Shown here in pieces: positions 1 to 8,947 of a DNA stretch of 64,000 nucleotides (its first letter is position 1; every line of letters begins with the position of its first letter). The translations under genes and the position numbers were made by a program. The notes under the pieces were generated by a model. That model saw only the letters and a list, made by a program, of their open reading frames with translations, had not been told where the DNA came from and ran no database searches. The DNA comes from Planctomycetota bacterium. Lineage in GTDB: Bacteria > Planctomycetota > B15-G4. Location: NCBI GenBank assembly GCA_965248575.1, contig CBDFJQ010000002.1:2112001-2176000 (forward strand), read 5' to 3'.

Positions 1-2
1 GA

Positions 3-113
3 GCTGGGGACCCAAGCGGCGAGTCACCCCAGGACGCCGCAGAGAAGACCGAGAAGTTGCAGGCAGGCCGCAGCCGGCTAGCCCAGATGCAGCAACGTCG
101 ACGTCGGAAATGA
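3..113 (+). CDS. 3' end of an upstream gene (partial), Arg-rich C-terminus
   Basis: Frame 3 is open from the window edge to TGA at 111-113 and reads AGDPSGESPQDAAEKTEKLQAGRSRLAQMQQRRRRK*. Confidence 0.45.
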   Translation, partial: AGDPSGESPQDAAEKTEKLQAGRSRLAQMQQRRRRK

Positions 114-159
114 GGCGTTCCCCTGAAGCGGGGAACAGAGCCAGCTTCACCCTCGTCCA

Positions 160-813
160 ATGCAAGATCCGATCCCAGGAGAGACTCTGCCCATGCTCAT
201 GCGTTCCCTGTGCCTGCTGCTCGCACTGACGGCCCTCCCCGCCCACCCGTCCCCGAGCCAGCCGCCGCTCTCTCCGCCCGTCGAGGGCGACGTCATCATC
301 ACGCTGCGCGCTCACGACGCCCTGAACTCCGCCCTGAGCCTGGACTCCTTGAAACACGCAGGCTCCATCGTGGCCGGCGAACTGATCCTGGATTTGGCCG
401 GCATGGCCTATGGCGCCTTCAGCCCCGGGAAGCTGAGCTTCGCGTTCCGGCGCGACGAAACCGCAAAGCTGCTGCACGTGGAACCGGCCACGGTCCCGGG
501 CGTGACGACCTCCAGCCACATCGCTCCTCACCCACCGCTGAGCATCTATCACTCCCTGCGCCTGTCGCGCGGCAAGGTCTTCTACGACCGCCCCGTGGGC
601 AAGACGGTGCGCCTGAAGGAAGCGCAAGAGCTCTTCGGCCCGCTACCGCCCGAGGGCGCACAGCACATCGTTCCGAAGGCCGGCCACACCTATCTGCTGC
701 GCACCCTCGACCCCAAGGCCCTGGGAGGCCGCGAGCACTTCCTGAAGTTCCTCGTGCTCGAAGCAACCCCGGACCAGGTGACGCTGCGCATCGACCACTT
801 CCGGGAGAGCTAG
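160..813 (+). CDS. Hypothetical exported protein (start may be ATG 193 or 199)
   Basis: 217-aa ORF with coding-like codon usage and a hydrophobic signal-like N-terminus (MRSLCLLLALTALPA); no recognisable family motif. Confidence 0.6.
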   Translation: MQDPIPGETLPMLMRSLCLLLALTALPAHPSPSQPPLSPPVEGDVIITLRAHDALNSALSLDSLKHAGSIVAGELILDLAGMAYGAFSPGKLSFAFRRDETAKLLHVEPATVPGVTTSSHIAPHPPLSIYHSLRLSRGKVFYDRPVGKTVRLKEAQELFGPLPPEGAQHIVPKAGHTYLLRTLDPKALGGREHFLKFLVLEATPDQVTLRIDHFRES

Positions 814-852
814 CCTCTGCCGCCCGCCGCGATCCCTGCGAGGGCTCCAGCC

Positions 853-1827
853 CTAGGGCTCTGGCCACTCCAACTTGCGTCCGACCCAACGCCAGTGAGC
901 CAACTGGGCACCTCGATGCAGCTTCTTGTCGAGGAAGGAGAGCAAGGGGATGGGCAGGTCGCGCAGGGTGATGCCCAGGGGCTTGCCGCCTTGCGGCTGG
1001 CTCAGCTCGTAGCCCAGCTCTTGCATGAGATCCCCGGTCAGGTATTCGATGATGCGTGTGTGCGCGGGTGAGAGTTCATCGCGCCACCCACCCTTGGGGG
1101 TCTTGCGCACGAAGTCGGCGGGCAACTCCTTCTTGCCGCGCACCTTGTCCTTCGTGCTGGCCTGGACGGCGTGCTCGCAGAGCGCCTGGTCTGCGGGGAG
1201 ATCCAGCCACGAGAAGATGCGAGCCATCTCCTCCACACCTTGGTCCTTGAGGTCCTCGTAGCGCACCTGCAGGTAGCGGTCGGTGAGCTGCGGAATACGC
1301 ATGGCCGCCTCCACGTCCTCACGCCAGTAGCGGCCGCCGTCCACGGGGTGCGTGGGAAACTCCCACTTGGCCCAGCCGCGACTCGCGCTGCGATGGCTGC
1401 AGAAGACCGCCCTTGGATCCCTTGCGATATGCAGGAAATAAGCGTCGGGCATGACCTTCAGGATGAACTCGGCCAGCTTGCCGTTCTCAGGGGTCTTGTC
1501 CACGACCACGGAGGCACCCGGCTTGGCGCTCGCCACGGCACCCAGGATGCCATCGGCCACGGGCCGCAACATGGGGTAGAGCCCCTCTGCTGGCAGCACC
1601 TGCTTGAGCCTGAGCGTGTCGTCGTCACCGGAATCCGCCGTGGCCTCACCGGAGCTGTTCACGATGAAGCTGAAGGCCGCCTTGTTGTTCCACCAACGCT
1701 CCATGCCCTGCAGGTAGTCGAAGACCTTGGCGTGCTGGAAGGTCGCCACCTGGGGGTGATGGCTCATGAGAAAGGTGGTCCATGTGGACCCACTGCGCGG
1801 ACAACCCACGATGAACACGTTCTTCAT
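853..1827 (-). CDS. PAPS-dependent sulfotransferase
   Basis: 5'-PSB motif FIVGCPRSGST, plus DKTP, RDPRAVFCS (3'-PB) and VRYEDL. The ATG at 1827 overlaps the stop of the thioesterase gene (ATGA), so the ORF-track start at 1950 is too long. Confidence 0.9.
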   Translation of the reverse strand: MKNVFIVGCPRSGSTWTTFLMSHHPQVATFQHAKVFDYLQGMERWWNNKAAFSFIVNSSGEATADSGDDDTLRLKQVLPAEGLYPMLRPVADGILGAVASAKPGASVVVDKTPENGKLAEFILKVMPDAYFLHIARDPRAVFCSHRSASRGWAKWEFPTHPVDGGRYWREDVEAAMRIPQLTDRYLQVRYEDLKDQGVEEMARIFSWLDLPADQALCEHAVQASTKDKVRGKKELPADFVRKTPKGGWRDELSPAHTRIIEYLTGDLMQELGYELSQPQGGKPLGITLRDLPIPLLSFLDKKLHRGAQLAHWRWVGRKLEWPEP

Positions 1828-2579
1828 GAGGGCACCCGCCGTAGCTGTTGCGAGACGGCTTCGAGCAACGGCCCGACAGCCGACTGGATGAAGAAGTGGT
1901 CGCCGTCGAGCATGTTCAACTCGAAGCTGTTCGCGGTCTGTGCGCCCCACGCCTCGAGCTGATCCACCGGCACATGCTGGTCGGCGCTTCCACCGAAGGC
2001 CGTGATGGGACAGTCCAGGGGCTGCTCGTCCAGATAGGCGTAGGTGTCACAGATCGAGATGTCAGCCCGTAGCGCGGGCAAGAGCAGCTCCATCAGCTCC
2101 TCATGTTCCCGGGCCGCCGCGGGGATGGCGTCATAGAGGCGGCTCACCTCCTGCACGAACTGCTCAGCGGGAAGTTCGTGGATCGGAGCATAGGGCGCAG
2201 GGATCTGGGGCGCGCGATAGGCGGAGGCGAAGAGGTGGGCCGCTGCTGGAGCGCCGCGCCGACGCAGAAGACGCAGCAACTCGAAGCAGAGCAGTGCGCC
2301 CATGCTGTGCCCGAAGAACGCACACGGACGATCCAACAAGGGCTCGACGACAGCTGCCAATTGATCCAACAGGGGCTCCGCCGAATCGAAGGGCGTCTCT
2401 GCAAGTCGGTCCTCGCGCCCCGGAAGCTGGACACCCAGGACCTCGACGTCGGTGGGCAGCAGCTTGGCCCAGGGACGAAACGCCCAGGCGCCTCCACCCG
2501 CGTACGGAATGCAGATCAGACGCACCTTGGCTTCTGGCGCGGCGCGGATGCGCTTGATCCAGAGGTCCTGCTCAGCCAT
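1824..2579 (-). CDS. Type II (editing) thioesterase
   Basis: PYAGG, QLPGRE, nucleophile GHSMG, LRAD and GDHFF motifs typical of GrsT/RifR-like TEII enzymes. Confidence 0.93.
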   Translation of the reverse strand: MAEQDLWIKRIRAAPEAKVRLICIPYAGGGAWAFRPWAKLLPTDVEVLGVQLPGREDRLAETPFDSAEPLLDQLAAVVEPLLDRPCAFFGHSMGALLCFELLRLLRRRGAPAAAHLFASAYRAPQIPAPYAPIHELPAEQFVQEVSRLYDAIPAAAREHEELMELLLPALRADISICDTYAYLDEQPLDCPITAFGGSADQHVPVDQLEAWGAQTANSFELNMLDGDHFFIQSAVGPLLEAVSQQLRRVPS

Positions 2580-2610
2580 GGGCTTCTCGCGTCTGCGTCG
2601 GTCGGAAGGG

Positions 2611-3633
2611 TCAGAGAGTTGGTGAACGACTTAGCTTTGCTTGCGGACGGCCTGGGGGCAACTGCCCGTTGGACGGCAACTTTCCGGCCCAGGCGCAGAC
2701 CCTCTTCAGCAGCTCCGCCTGGGTCCACTGCAGGGTGAACACGTGGTTGGCTCCAGGAATGACCTCGTAGCTCGATCGTTCCATCCTGCGCACCCGCTCG
2801 AGCCCTTTGCCCAGAACGGTGTGGAAGTAGTCCAGCCCTTCATCACCCTCGCAGTACAGGTGGTAGAGGTGCACCCCACGGCCGGTCAGCCCTTCCAGCA
2901 GCTGCACGGCATCCGGTGCCTCCTCACTCGAATTGGTGGAAGCTTGCGCGGCGTCGGACCCCGAGCCAAAGCGCGCCTTGAGCGCCCGCACAGGCCCCCC
3001 CACCATCATGGACAAGATGCGACCGGGGCTGAGCTGCCCGCCCAGCGCCTTCTTCCAGTTCTTGGAGCGGAAGGAGCTCTTGAGCGCGATGCGCCAGGAA
3101 TGACGTGCCATGGCACGGGCGTGCAGCTGTTCACTGAGCGCAGGGTCCATACCATGCAGGTGCATCTGCGCGTTGATCAGCACGGCACCCACGACGCGCG
3201 GGTCTGACTGCGCCGCCACGAAGGCGTTGATGGCGCCGCTGCAGATGCCGATCGGCACGAAGGAGGTCACACCCCGGGTGCGCGCCAGTAGCTCCATGGC
3301 CTCTCTCGTCTCCATGGCAACGCTCTGCACGGCAGGCATGGCATCCGCCCGACGTCCGCTGTCGCCGATCCCCGAGTAGTCAAAGCGCAGAGAGGGGAAG
3401 CCCTGTTTGGCGAGGGCGCGTGCGAGTTTCACGTACAGCTCGTTAGGGCCAACGTGGTGGGTGATGCCCGCGTTCAGGAAGAGGAAGGCCGGGCGCCCAA
3501 GCGCGGGAGCCGCCCCTTGCTTCTGCTCCGTCTCGCCGACCAGGTCGGCACGAGCCCCGGAGGTCGGGGCGGCCTCGGTCACGATGCCCGTCACGCAACC
3601 TCCGCCGCTGAAGACGACTGCCTCTTCCTTCAT
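2611..3633 (-). CDS. Alpha/beta hydrolase with Cys at the nucleophile elbow (exosortase-associated hydrolase 1-like)
   Basis: FLNAG, RFDYSGIGDS, elbow GICSG and candidate catalytic His in GANHVF. ATG 3633 overlaps the upstream stop (ATGA). Confidence 0.8.
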   Translation of the reverse strand: MKEEAVVFSGGGCVTGIVTEAAPTSGARADLVGETEQKQGAAPALGRPAFLFLNAGITHHVGPNELYVKLARALAKQGFPSLRFDYSGIGDSGRRADAMPAVQSVAMETREAMELLARTRGVTSFVPIGICSGAINAFVAAQSDPRVVGAVLINAQMHLHGMDPALSEQLHARAMARHSWRIALKSSFRSKNWKKALGGQLSPGRILSMMVGGPVRALKARFGSGSDAAQASTNSSEEAPDAVQLLEGLTGRGVHLYHLYCEGDEGLDYFHTVLGKGLERVRRMERSSYEVIPGANHVFTLQWTQAELLKRVCAWAGKLPSNGQLPPGRPQAKLSRSPTL

Positions 3634-4445
3634 GCCGCGCCTTCCTCGGCCCAACGCACGATGGCGTCGAGCACCTTGCGTGGCACATGGACCTTCCCGA
3701 AGTCCTCGACCCAGGACCAGAGATGTGGGTTGGGGATCTTGGCCGTACCTAGCTTGCAACCGTAGCTGGCCAGGTGCTTGCTGAGAGGCTCTTGCGACAC
3801 CTCTTCGTGGCTCTCCACGAGCAACACGTGCTCCGCGGGCCGCGTCTGGATGTTGCCGACGATGTCGATGCCCTGGATGTCCGCCACGAGCTGTGCCGGC
3901 AGGGCGTAACCGAGCACCTCATCGCGGCTGCCCTGGGCGTCGGGAATCACATGCGCGTAGTTGAGCATGGTGTCGTGCAGTGAGCGTATCTCGTCCAGGT
4001 AGCCCCCCCCATCGAAGACAGGATCCCACAGGACGAGCCGTTCCACGTCGGGCCGGGCGACGGCCACCCGCGCGGCAATGGCCGCACCGAGCCGCAACCC
4101 GATCAGCCCCACATCCTTCACGGAAGTTCGCTGCGCCAGCTCATCCAGCGCATCGCTCGTGTCGGTGAACCAGCGGTCGAGACTCCAGTCCCGGATGTCC
4201 CCGGCGGAGTCGCCGCAACCATGAAGATCGAAGCGCAAGACCGGGAAACCCGCCTCGCTGAGCAGGGTGGCGAGCAGACGCAGCGCCCGATGGAACTGCA
4301 GGTACTCGTGACCGAATGGCGGGCAAATGACGAAGCCGCGCTCTCGCGGTTCGCCGACAGGCGCGTGGTAGTTCGCGTACAGCGGGCCCCCGCTGCCTTC
4401 GAAGAACAGTGGTTGGGCCCCGTGGATCACGGTGGGTTCGTTCAA
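3630..4445 (-). CDS. Alpha/beta-fold protein lacking a nucleophile (exosortase-associated hydrolase 2-like)
   Basis: ICPPFGHE, RFDLHGCGDS, elbow GLRLG (Arg in the nucleophile position) and LWDPV; translationally coupled to the NRPS stop. Confidence 0.8.
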   Translation of the reverse strand: MNEPTVIHGAQPLFFEGSGGPLYANYHAPVGEPRERGFVICPPFGHEYLQFHRALRLLATLLSEAGFPVLRFDLHGCGDSAGDIRDWSLDRWFTDTSDALDELAQRTSVKDVGLIGLRLGAAIAARVAVARPDVERLVLWDPVFDGGGYLDEIRSLHDTMLNYAHVIPDAQGSRDEVLGYALPAQLVADIQGIDIVGNIQTRPAEHVLLVESHEEVSQEPLSKHLASYGCKLGTAKIPNPHLWSWVEDFGKVHVPRKVLDAIVRWAEEGAA

Positions 4446-7400
4446 GTGGACGGCCCTTCAGAGGAGGGCCCTTGGGACCCGCCGCGGAACACCCGGGCCA
4501 GGCGCTTCATGAGCCCCTTCTTGGGCTTGTCTGCAGCGCCTTGGACAGCGCGCAACTCACACAGGGTCGCCAACTGGCCAAGCGTCGGGAGCACCAGCTC
4601 ACCCGGGTTCATCTTCAGATCCAACTGCTTCTCGATCTCGCCGATGACCTGCATCAGCAAGAGGGAGTGCCCGCCGAGATCGAAGAAGTTGTCGTGCAAG
4701 CCCACACACTCCAGCTCCAGGACGTCGGCCCAGATGGCTGCGAGCCGGGTCTCCATGGGTGTCACGGGCGCCACGAACCCCGAGCTGCGTGCAGGTGCAG
4801 CGCCCGCATCGGGCGCCGGGAGCCGGTCCCGATCGACCTTGCCCTGGGTGTTCAGCGGGAAGGCGTCCAAGGTCATCCAAGCCGAAGGCACCATGTAGCT
4901 TGGCAGGGAGTCGGACAGGGCCTCGCGCAGCGCTCCGGTGTCGGGTCCACCCGAAGAAATCACGACGTAGGCCACCAGACGTGGGTTGCCCGGGCTGTCT
5001 TCGCGCAGCAGCACCGCCGCCTCCTCCACACCGTCGTACTGTGCCAGCGCCGCTTCGATCTCCTCCAATTCGATGCGATAGCCGCGGAACTTCACCTGAT
5101 TGTCCCGTCGGCCCAGGAACAGCAGGGCGCCGTCTTCCCGGTGCCTGACCACGTCGCCCGTGCGGTACATGCGGGTCGGGGAACCTGCCAGCTCCGCCCC
5201 CAGAGCGCCTCCCTGCCGAAGCTCCTCGAGGAACGGGTCGGGCAGGAAGCGCTCGGCCGTCAACTCCGGGCGTTCGAAGTAGCCGTCAGCTACTCCCGCA
5301 CCGGCCAGGTGCAACTCGCCGGGCACACCCATGGGCAGGGGTTCGCCGTTGGGGTCGAGCACATAGGCGCGAACATTGCGCACGGGCCGACCGATGGGCA
5401 CGTCGTAATCACCCGCCATCAAGCTGTGCGCTGTGCCGACGATGGTCGCCTCTGTGGGGCCGTAGGTGTTCAGCAGGAGCGGGCCGCTACCCACCTGCTC
5501 GAACCACTCCGCCAATTGCTCGGGCTTGGCCCGTTCGCCGCCCAAGATGGCCACGCGCACAGTGGCCGGGAACGGCACGCCCGAATCGGCGAGCCCGCTC
5601 ATCACCACATGCCAGTAAGCCGTTGGAAAGTCGATCACGGTGATGTCTTGTTCGGTGCACGCCCGCAGGAAAGTCGCGACGGAACCGATCATGGCGTCGG
5701 TGCGCAGCACGAGGGTCGCCCCAGCCAGCAGGGCGGGATAGATCTCTTCCGCCGCCGTATCGAAACTGACGCTGGCGAACTGGAGCACTCGATCTGCAGA
5801 AGTCAGCCCGAAGGCCTCACGGGCATGTGAGACGTAGTTTGAGAGGGCCCGATGTGGGATCAGCACACCCTTCGGCCGCCCGGTCGAGCCCGAGGTGTAG
5901 ATCATGTAGGCCAGGGCATCGGGGCCCGCAGAGCCGTCCGCCAGGGGTGTGTCCGCTTGTGCGGCGAGCCTCTCAGCCAGCGAATCCAAGCAGAGCACCG
6001 GACAAAGCACCGGCGACGGAGTGCTTTCCGTGGGGAAGCGATCCAGCAAGCGTTCCTGCGTCAGGAGCAGGTCGACCTGGGCATCCTCCAGCAGGAAGCG
6101 CAGGCGCTCCTCGGGATACATGGGGTCGAGGGGCACATAGGACGCACCAGCGGACAAGATGCCCAACAAGGCCACCACCATCAGCGGCTCGCGCTCGACG
6201 CACAGACCCACCCGGGCACCCTCGCCCAACCCCTCTTCGCGCAGCAGGTGCGCGAGCTTCATCGCTCGCGACGCCAACTCGCGATAGGTCAGGGCTTCGG
6301 CCCCCTCCTGCAGTACGGCGATGGCGTCCGGTGTGGCCTGGGCCTGGCGCGCAAACTGGACATGCACGGGCTCGCTCTCGGCGTCCCCGGGGGAGCCTGC
6401 AGCCGTCTTGTTCCAATCCACCAACAGGGTGTGTCGTTCGGTCTGCGACACCACGGGCACCCGTGCCAACGGGGTCTCCGGAGCGCTCGCGATGCTCAAC
6501 AAGACCCGCTCGAAGTTGTGCAGCAGGCGCATCACCGACTCGGCGTCGAAACGGGTCGAGTCATAGGAGATGGCCAGGTTCAGCTCCGGCCCTGGCGTGA
6601 TGATGACGGTCAGGGGGTAGCCCGGGCCGCCGTGATGTCCGTGCACATCCTCCACCCGCAGGCCGCCGCCCCAGTCACTCACCGTGAGGTCACCCAACCA
6701 GTTCTCGAACACCAGCAGGCTTTCGAAGAGCGGGAGCCCCGCGGGCACATCGCTGTAGCCCTTGACCGTCACGAGGGAGCTGTACTCGAAACTGCGCTGC
6801 TTCACCTGGCGTGCCTGCAGGTCGCTCAGCCAGTCCCCCACAGCTTGATCGACGGGCAGCTGCACCCGGCTGGGCAGCAGGTTCACGAACAGCCCGACCA
6901 TGCTCTCCACACCCTCCAGGGGGATGGAGCGGCCGGACACGATGGTGCCGAAGACGACGTCGCTTTCCCCGGAGTAGCGAGAGAGGAGCACCGACCACGC
7001 ACCCTGGACCAGGGTGTTGAGGGTGATTCCTCGCCGCTGGGCGAACTCGCTGAGGGTCGCGCTGGTCTCGGCCGAGAGGCGGATCTGACGCCCGTCGTAC
7101 TCCGTCACCGGTGCGTGCATGCGCGTGGGCGACTGATCGATACCCATGTGCGTGGGAACCTCGAATCCCGCGAGCTCGGCGCGCCACCAATCCTCCGCAG
7201 CCTGGGGGTCCTGCTCCTGGATCCAGGTGACGTAATCCCTGTAGGGGCGGTGCTCGGACAGCACCGGGGCCTCGCCAGCCACCAGCCCCCGGTAGTGCTG
7301 CAACACCTCGCCGAGCACCATCGACGCCGACCAGCCCTCCATCAGGATGTGGTGCAGGCTCCAGACCAGGCGCCAACTCTCACTCCCGGTGCGGAACAGG

Positions 7401-7774
7401 GCCAGGCGCGTCAGCGGGGCCTCATCGAAACTCACGCCCTGGGCGCGATCCTCGGCGCGGTGCCTTGCCAGGCGTTGCGTCTGGGCGTCCTCATCCAGAC
7501 TGGAGAGATCGGTCAGCGGGAGCTCGACCTGCTGCTCGTCATGCACGACCTGCAACGGCTTGGCCAACTCATCCCAATGGAACGATGTGCGCAGGATGGC
7601 GTGCCGGTCGAACGTCCGCTGCCAAGCCTCGCGCAAGGCCTCCACGTCGAGCGGGCCGGCGAGGAAGTACTCGAGCTGCATGAGGTACATGCCCGAGTCG
7701 CCGATGGTCACGCTGTCGTACAGCATGCCGTGCTGCATTGGCGACAGCTCGTAGATGTCCGAAACGCCTTCCAT
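4442..7774 (-). CDS. NRPS module C(DCL-like)-A-PCP, no TE; A domain probably specific for a basic residue (Arg/Lys/Orn)
   Basis: DIYELSPMQHGML (DCL-type N-terminus), HHILMEGWS, YTSGSTGRPKG, YRTGD and PCP LGGHSL. Specificity code read by eye as DTEDIGTIVK. Confidence 0.95.
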   Translation of the reverse strand: MEGVSDIYELSPMQHGMLYDSVTIGDSGMYLMQLEYFLAGPLDVEALREAWQRTFDRHAILRTSFHWDELAKPLQVVHDEQQVELPLTDLSSLDEDAQTQRLARHRAEDRAQGVSFDEAPLTRLALFRTGSESWRLVWSLHHILMEGWSASMVLGEVLQHYRGLVAGEAPVLSEHRPYRDYVTWIQEQDPQAAEDWWRAELAGFEVPTHMGIDQSPTRMHAPVTEYDGRQIRLSAETSATLSEFAQRRGITLNTLVQGAWSVLLSRYSGESDVVFGTIVSGRSIPLEGVESMVGLFVNLLPSRVQLPVDQAVGDWLSDLQARQVKQRSFEYSSLVTVKGYSDVPAGLPLFESLLVFENWLGDLTVSDWGGGLRVEDVHGHHGGPGYPLTVIITPGPELNLAISYDSTRFDAESVMRLLHNFERVLLSIASAPETPLARVPVVSQTERHTLLVDWNKTAAGSPGDAESEPVHVQFARQAQATPDAIAVLQEGAEALTYRELASRAMKLAHLLREEGLGEGARVGLCVEREPLMVVALLGILSAGASYVPLDPMYPEERLRFLLEDAQVDLLLTQERLLDRFPTESTPSPVLCPVLCLDSLAERLAAQADTPLADGSAGPDALAYMIYTSGSTGRPKGVLIPHRALSNYVSHAREAFGLTSADRVLQFASVSFDTAAEEIYPALLAGATLVLRTDAMIGSVATFLRACTEQDITVIDFPTAYWHVVMSGLADSGVPFPATVRVAILGGERAKPEQLAEWFEQVGSGPLLLNTYGPTEATIVGTAHSLMAGDYDVPIGRPVRNVRAYVLDPNGEPLPMGVPGELHLAGAGVADGYFERPELTAERFLPDPFLEELRQGGALGAELAGSPTRMYRTGDVVRHREDGALLFLGRRDNQVKFRGYRIELEEIEAALAQYDGVEEAAVLLREDSPGNPRLVAYVVISSGGPDTGALREALSDSLPSYMVPSAWMTLDAFPLNTQGKVDRDRLPAPDAGAAPARSSGFVAPVTPMETRLAAIWADVLELECVGLHDNFFDLGGHSLLLMQVIGEIEKQLDLKMNPGELVLPTLGQLATLCELRAVQGAADKPKKGLMKRLARVFRGGSQGPSSEGPST

Positions 7775-7843
7775 GCACTCCTTGCCTTGTCACGTCGCGG
7801 GTCACGTTGGAGCTTTGCCCGACTGATGCAGAACCGCTGAAGC

Positions 7844-8947
7844 CTACCAGCCCATGTCCTGTCCCAGGTACTCCTGCAGCCGTGCGTTGTGGGGCTCGAA
7901 GTAGCGTTCCAGTCGTGCCCGTGCGGAAGGCTCCATATCCGGATAGGGCGCGGCGTTCAGCTTCCTGAACTCCTTGGGCGCGTGGTAGTCGAGCCCCAGG
8001 AAATGGAAGGCCTTCTCCAAGGTCTGCTTGGGGGCTTCGTAGAGCCCCTCGGTCCGCACCACGCACATCTGCGTCTTGGGGAAGTGCTGCTCCCACTGCT
8101 TCAGCTGGTCCACGTAGATCCCGCGACGCAGATAGGAGTGGTGCATGAAGTCGAAGCTGAAGTAGTCCCCCTCGGCATCGACCTTCTGGCTCTCGCCTTC
8201 CAGGCGTTCCTCTTCCTTTTCGATGGCCGCCTCGAAGGACAGGGTCTCGAGGCCCGCGCGCAGGTTGTGGTTGTAGAAGGAATACGCCCGATCGACAGGG
8301 TTGCGCAGGATGGAGAGCAGCTTGATCTGCGGCACGGTGCGCTGGATACGCTCGGCGCAATGCGGGTGGAAGAGGTAGTCCGGCGTGGCCTCGCCCGTGA
8401 GCATCGAGCCCTTCGCACTCCTGGTCGGAAAATGCGAGCGGTACCAGAGCGCCCCGCGCTGGTAGTAGGCGTTGAAGAAGTAGATCTCCTTCTTCATCGC
8501 CGGGGCGATCCCGGGGTGCTGGGTGAGGTAGCTGTAGAGCGCCGTGGTGCCGCACTTCTTGGCGCCGATGATGAGGAAGTCAGGCAGGCTCCGCAGCGGG
8601 CTCGTGAGCAGGTGGCTCGCCTGCTTCATCTTGTAGCGCCAGGTCGGCGCCGGATTGAAGTGCGAGGTGAGCATGTAGCGCGCTCCCTCCACGAACTGCT
8701 TCGTACCGTCCGGCCCACGGATGTGCAGGACCAGCGGACCCTCCTCGCCCGGTTGGACCTTGAAGCTCATGTGCGGACAACTGGTACTCCAGGCCGTCGT
8801 GAAGACGTCCAGCTTCTCGGCCCATGCCGGGTTGCGGGGATACTCCAAGGAGTAGCCGTCGTCCAGCTCCGTCAGCTTGTCGCAGCGGGTCATGATGTCG
8901 GCCGTCGTCTTCTGACGCTGCCCGAGACTGATTCCCGTGTCGCTCAT
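7844..8947 (-). CDS. Sulfotransferase (heparan-sulfate sulfotransferase-like core) with an extra N-terminal domain
   Basis: PDFLIIGAKKCGTTALY, KEIYFF, GEATPDY and LRNPVDRAYS motifs; about 100 additional residues precede the core. Confidence 0.92.
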   Translation of the reverse strand: MSDTGISLGQRQKTTADIMTRCDKLTELDDGYSLEYPRNPAWAEKLDVFTTAWSTSCPHMSFKVQPGEEGPLVLHIRGPDGTKQFVEGARYMLTSHFNPAPTWRYKMKQASHLLTSPLRSLPDFLIIGAKKCGTTALYSYLTQHPGIAPAMKKEIYFFNAYYQRGALWYRSHFPTRSAKGSMLTGEATPDYLFHPHCAERIQRTVPQIKLLSILRNPVDRAYSFYNHNLRAGLETLSFEAAIEKEEERLEGESQKVDAEGDYFSFDFMHHSYLRRGIYVDQLKQWEQHFPKTQMCVVRTEGLYEAPKQTLEKAFHFLGLDYHAPKEFRKLNAAPYPDMEPSARARLERYFEPHNARLQEYLGQDMGW

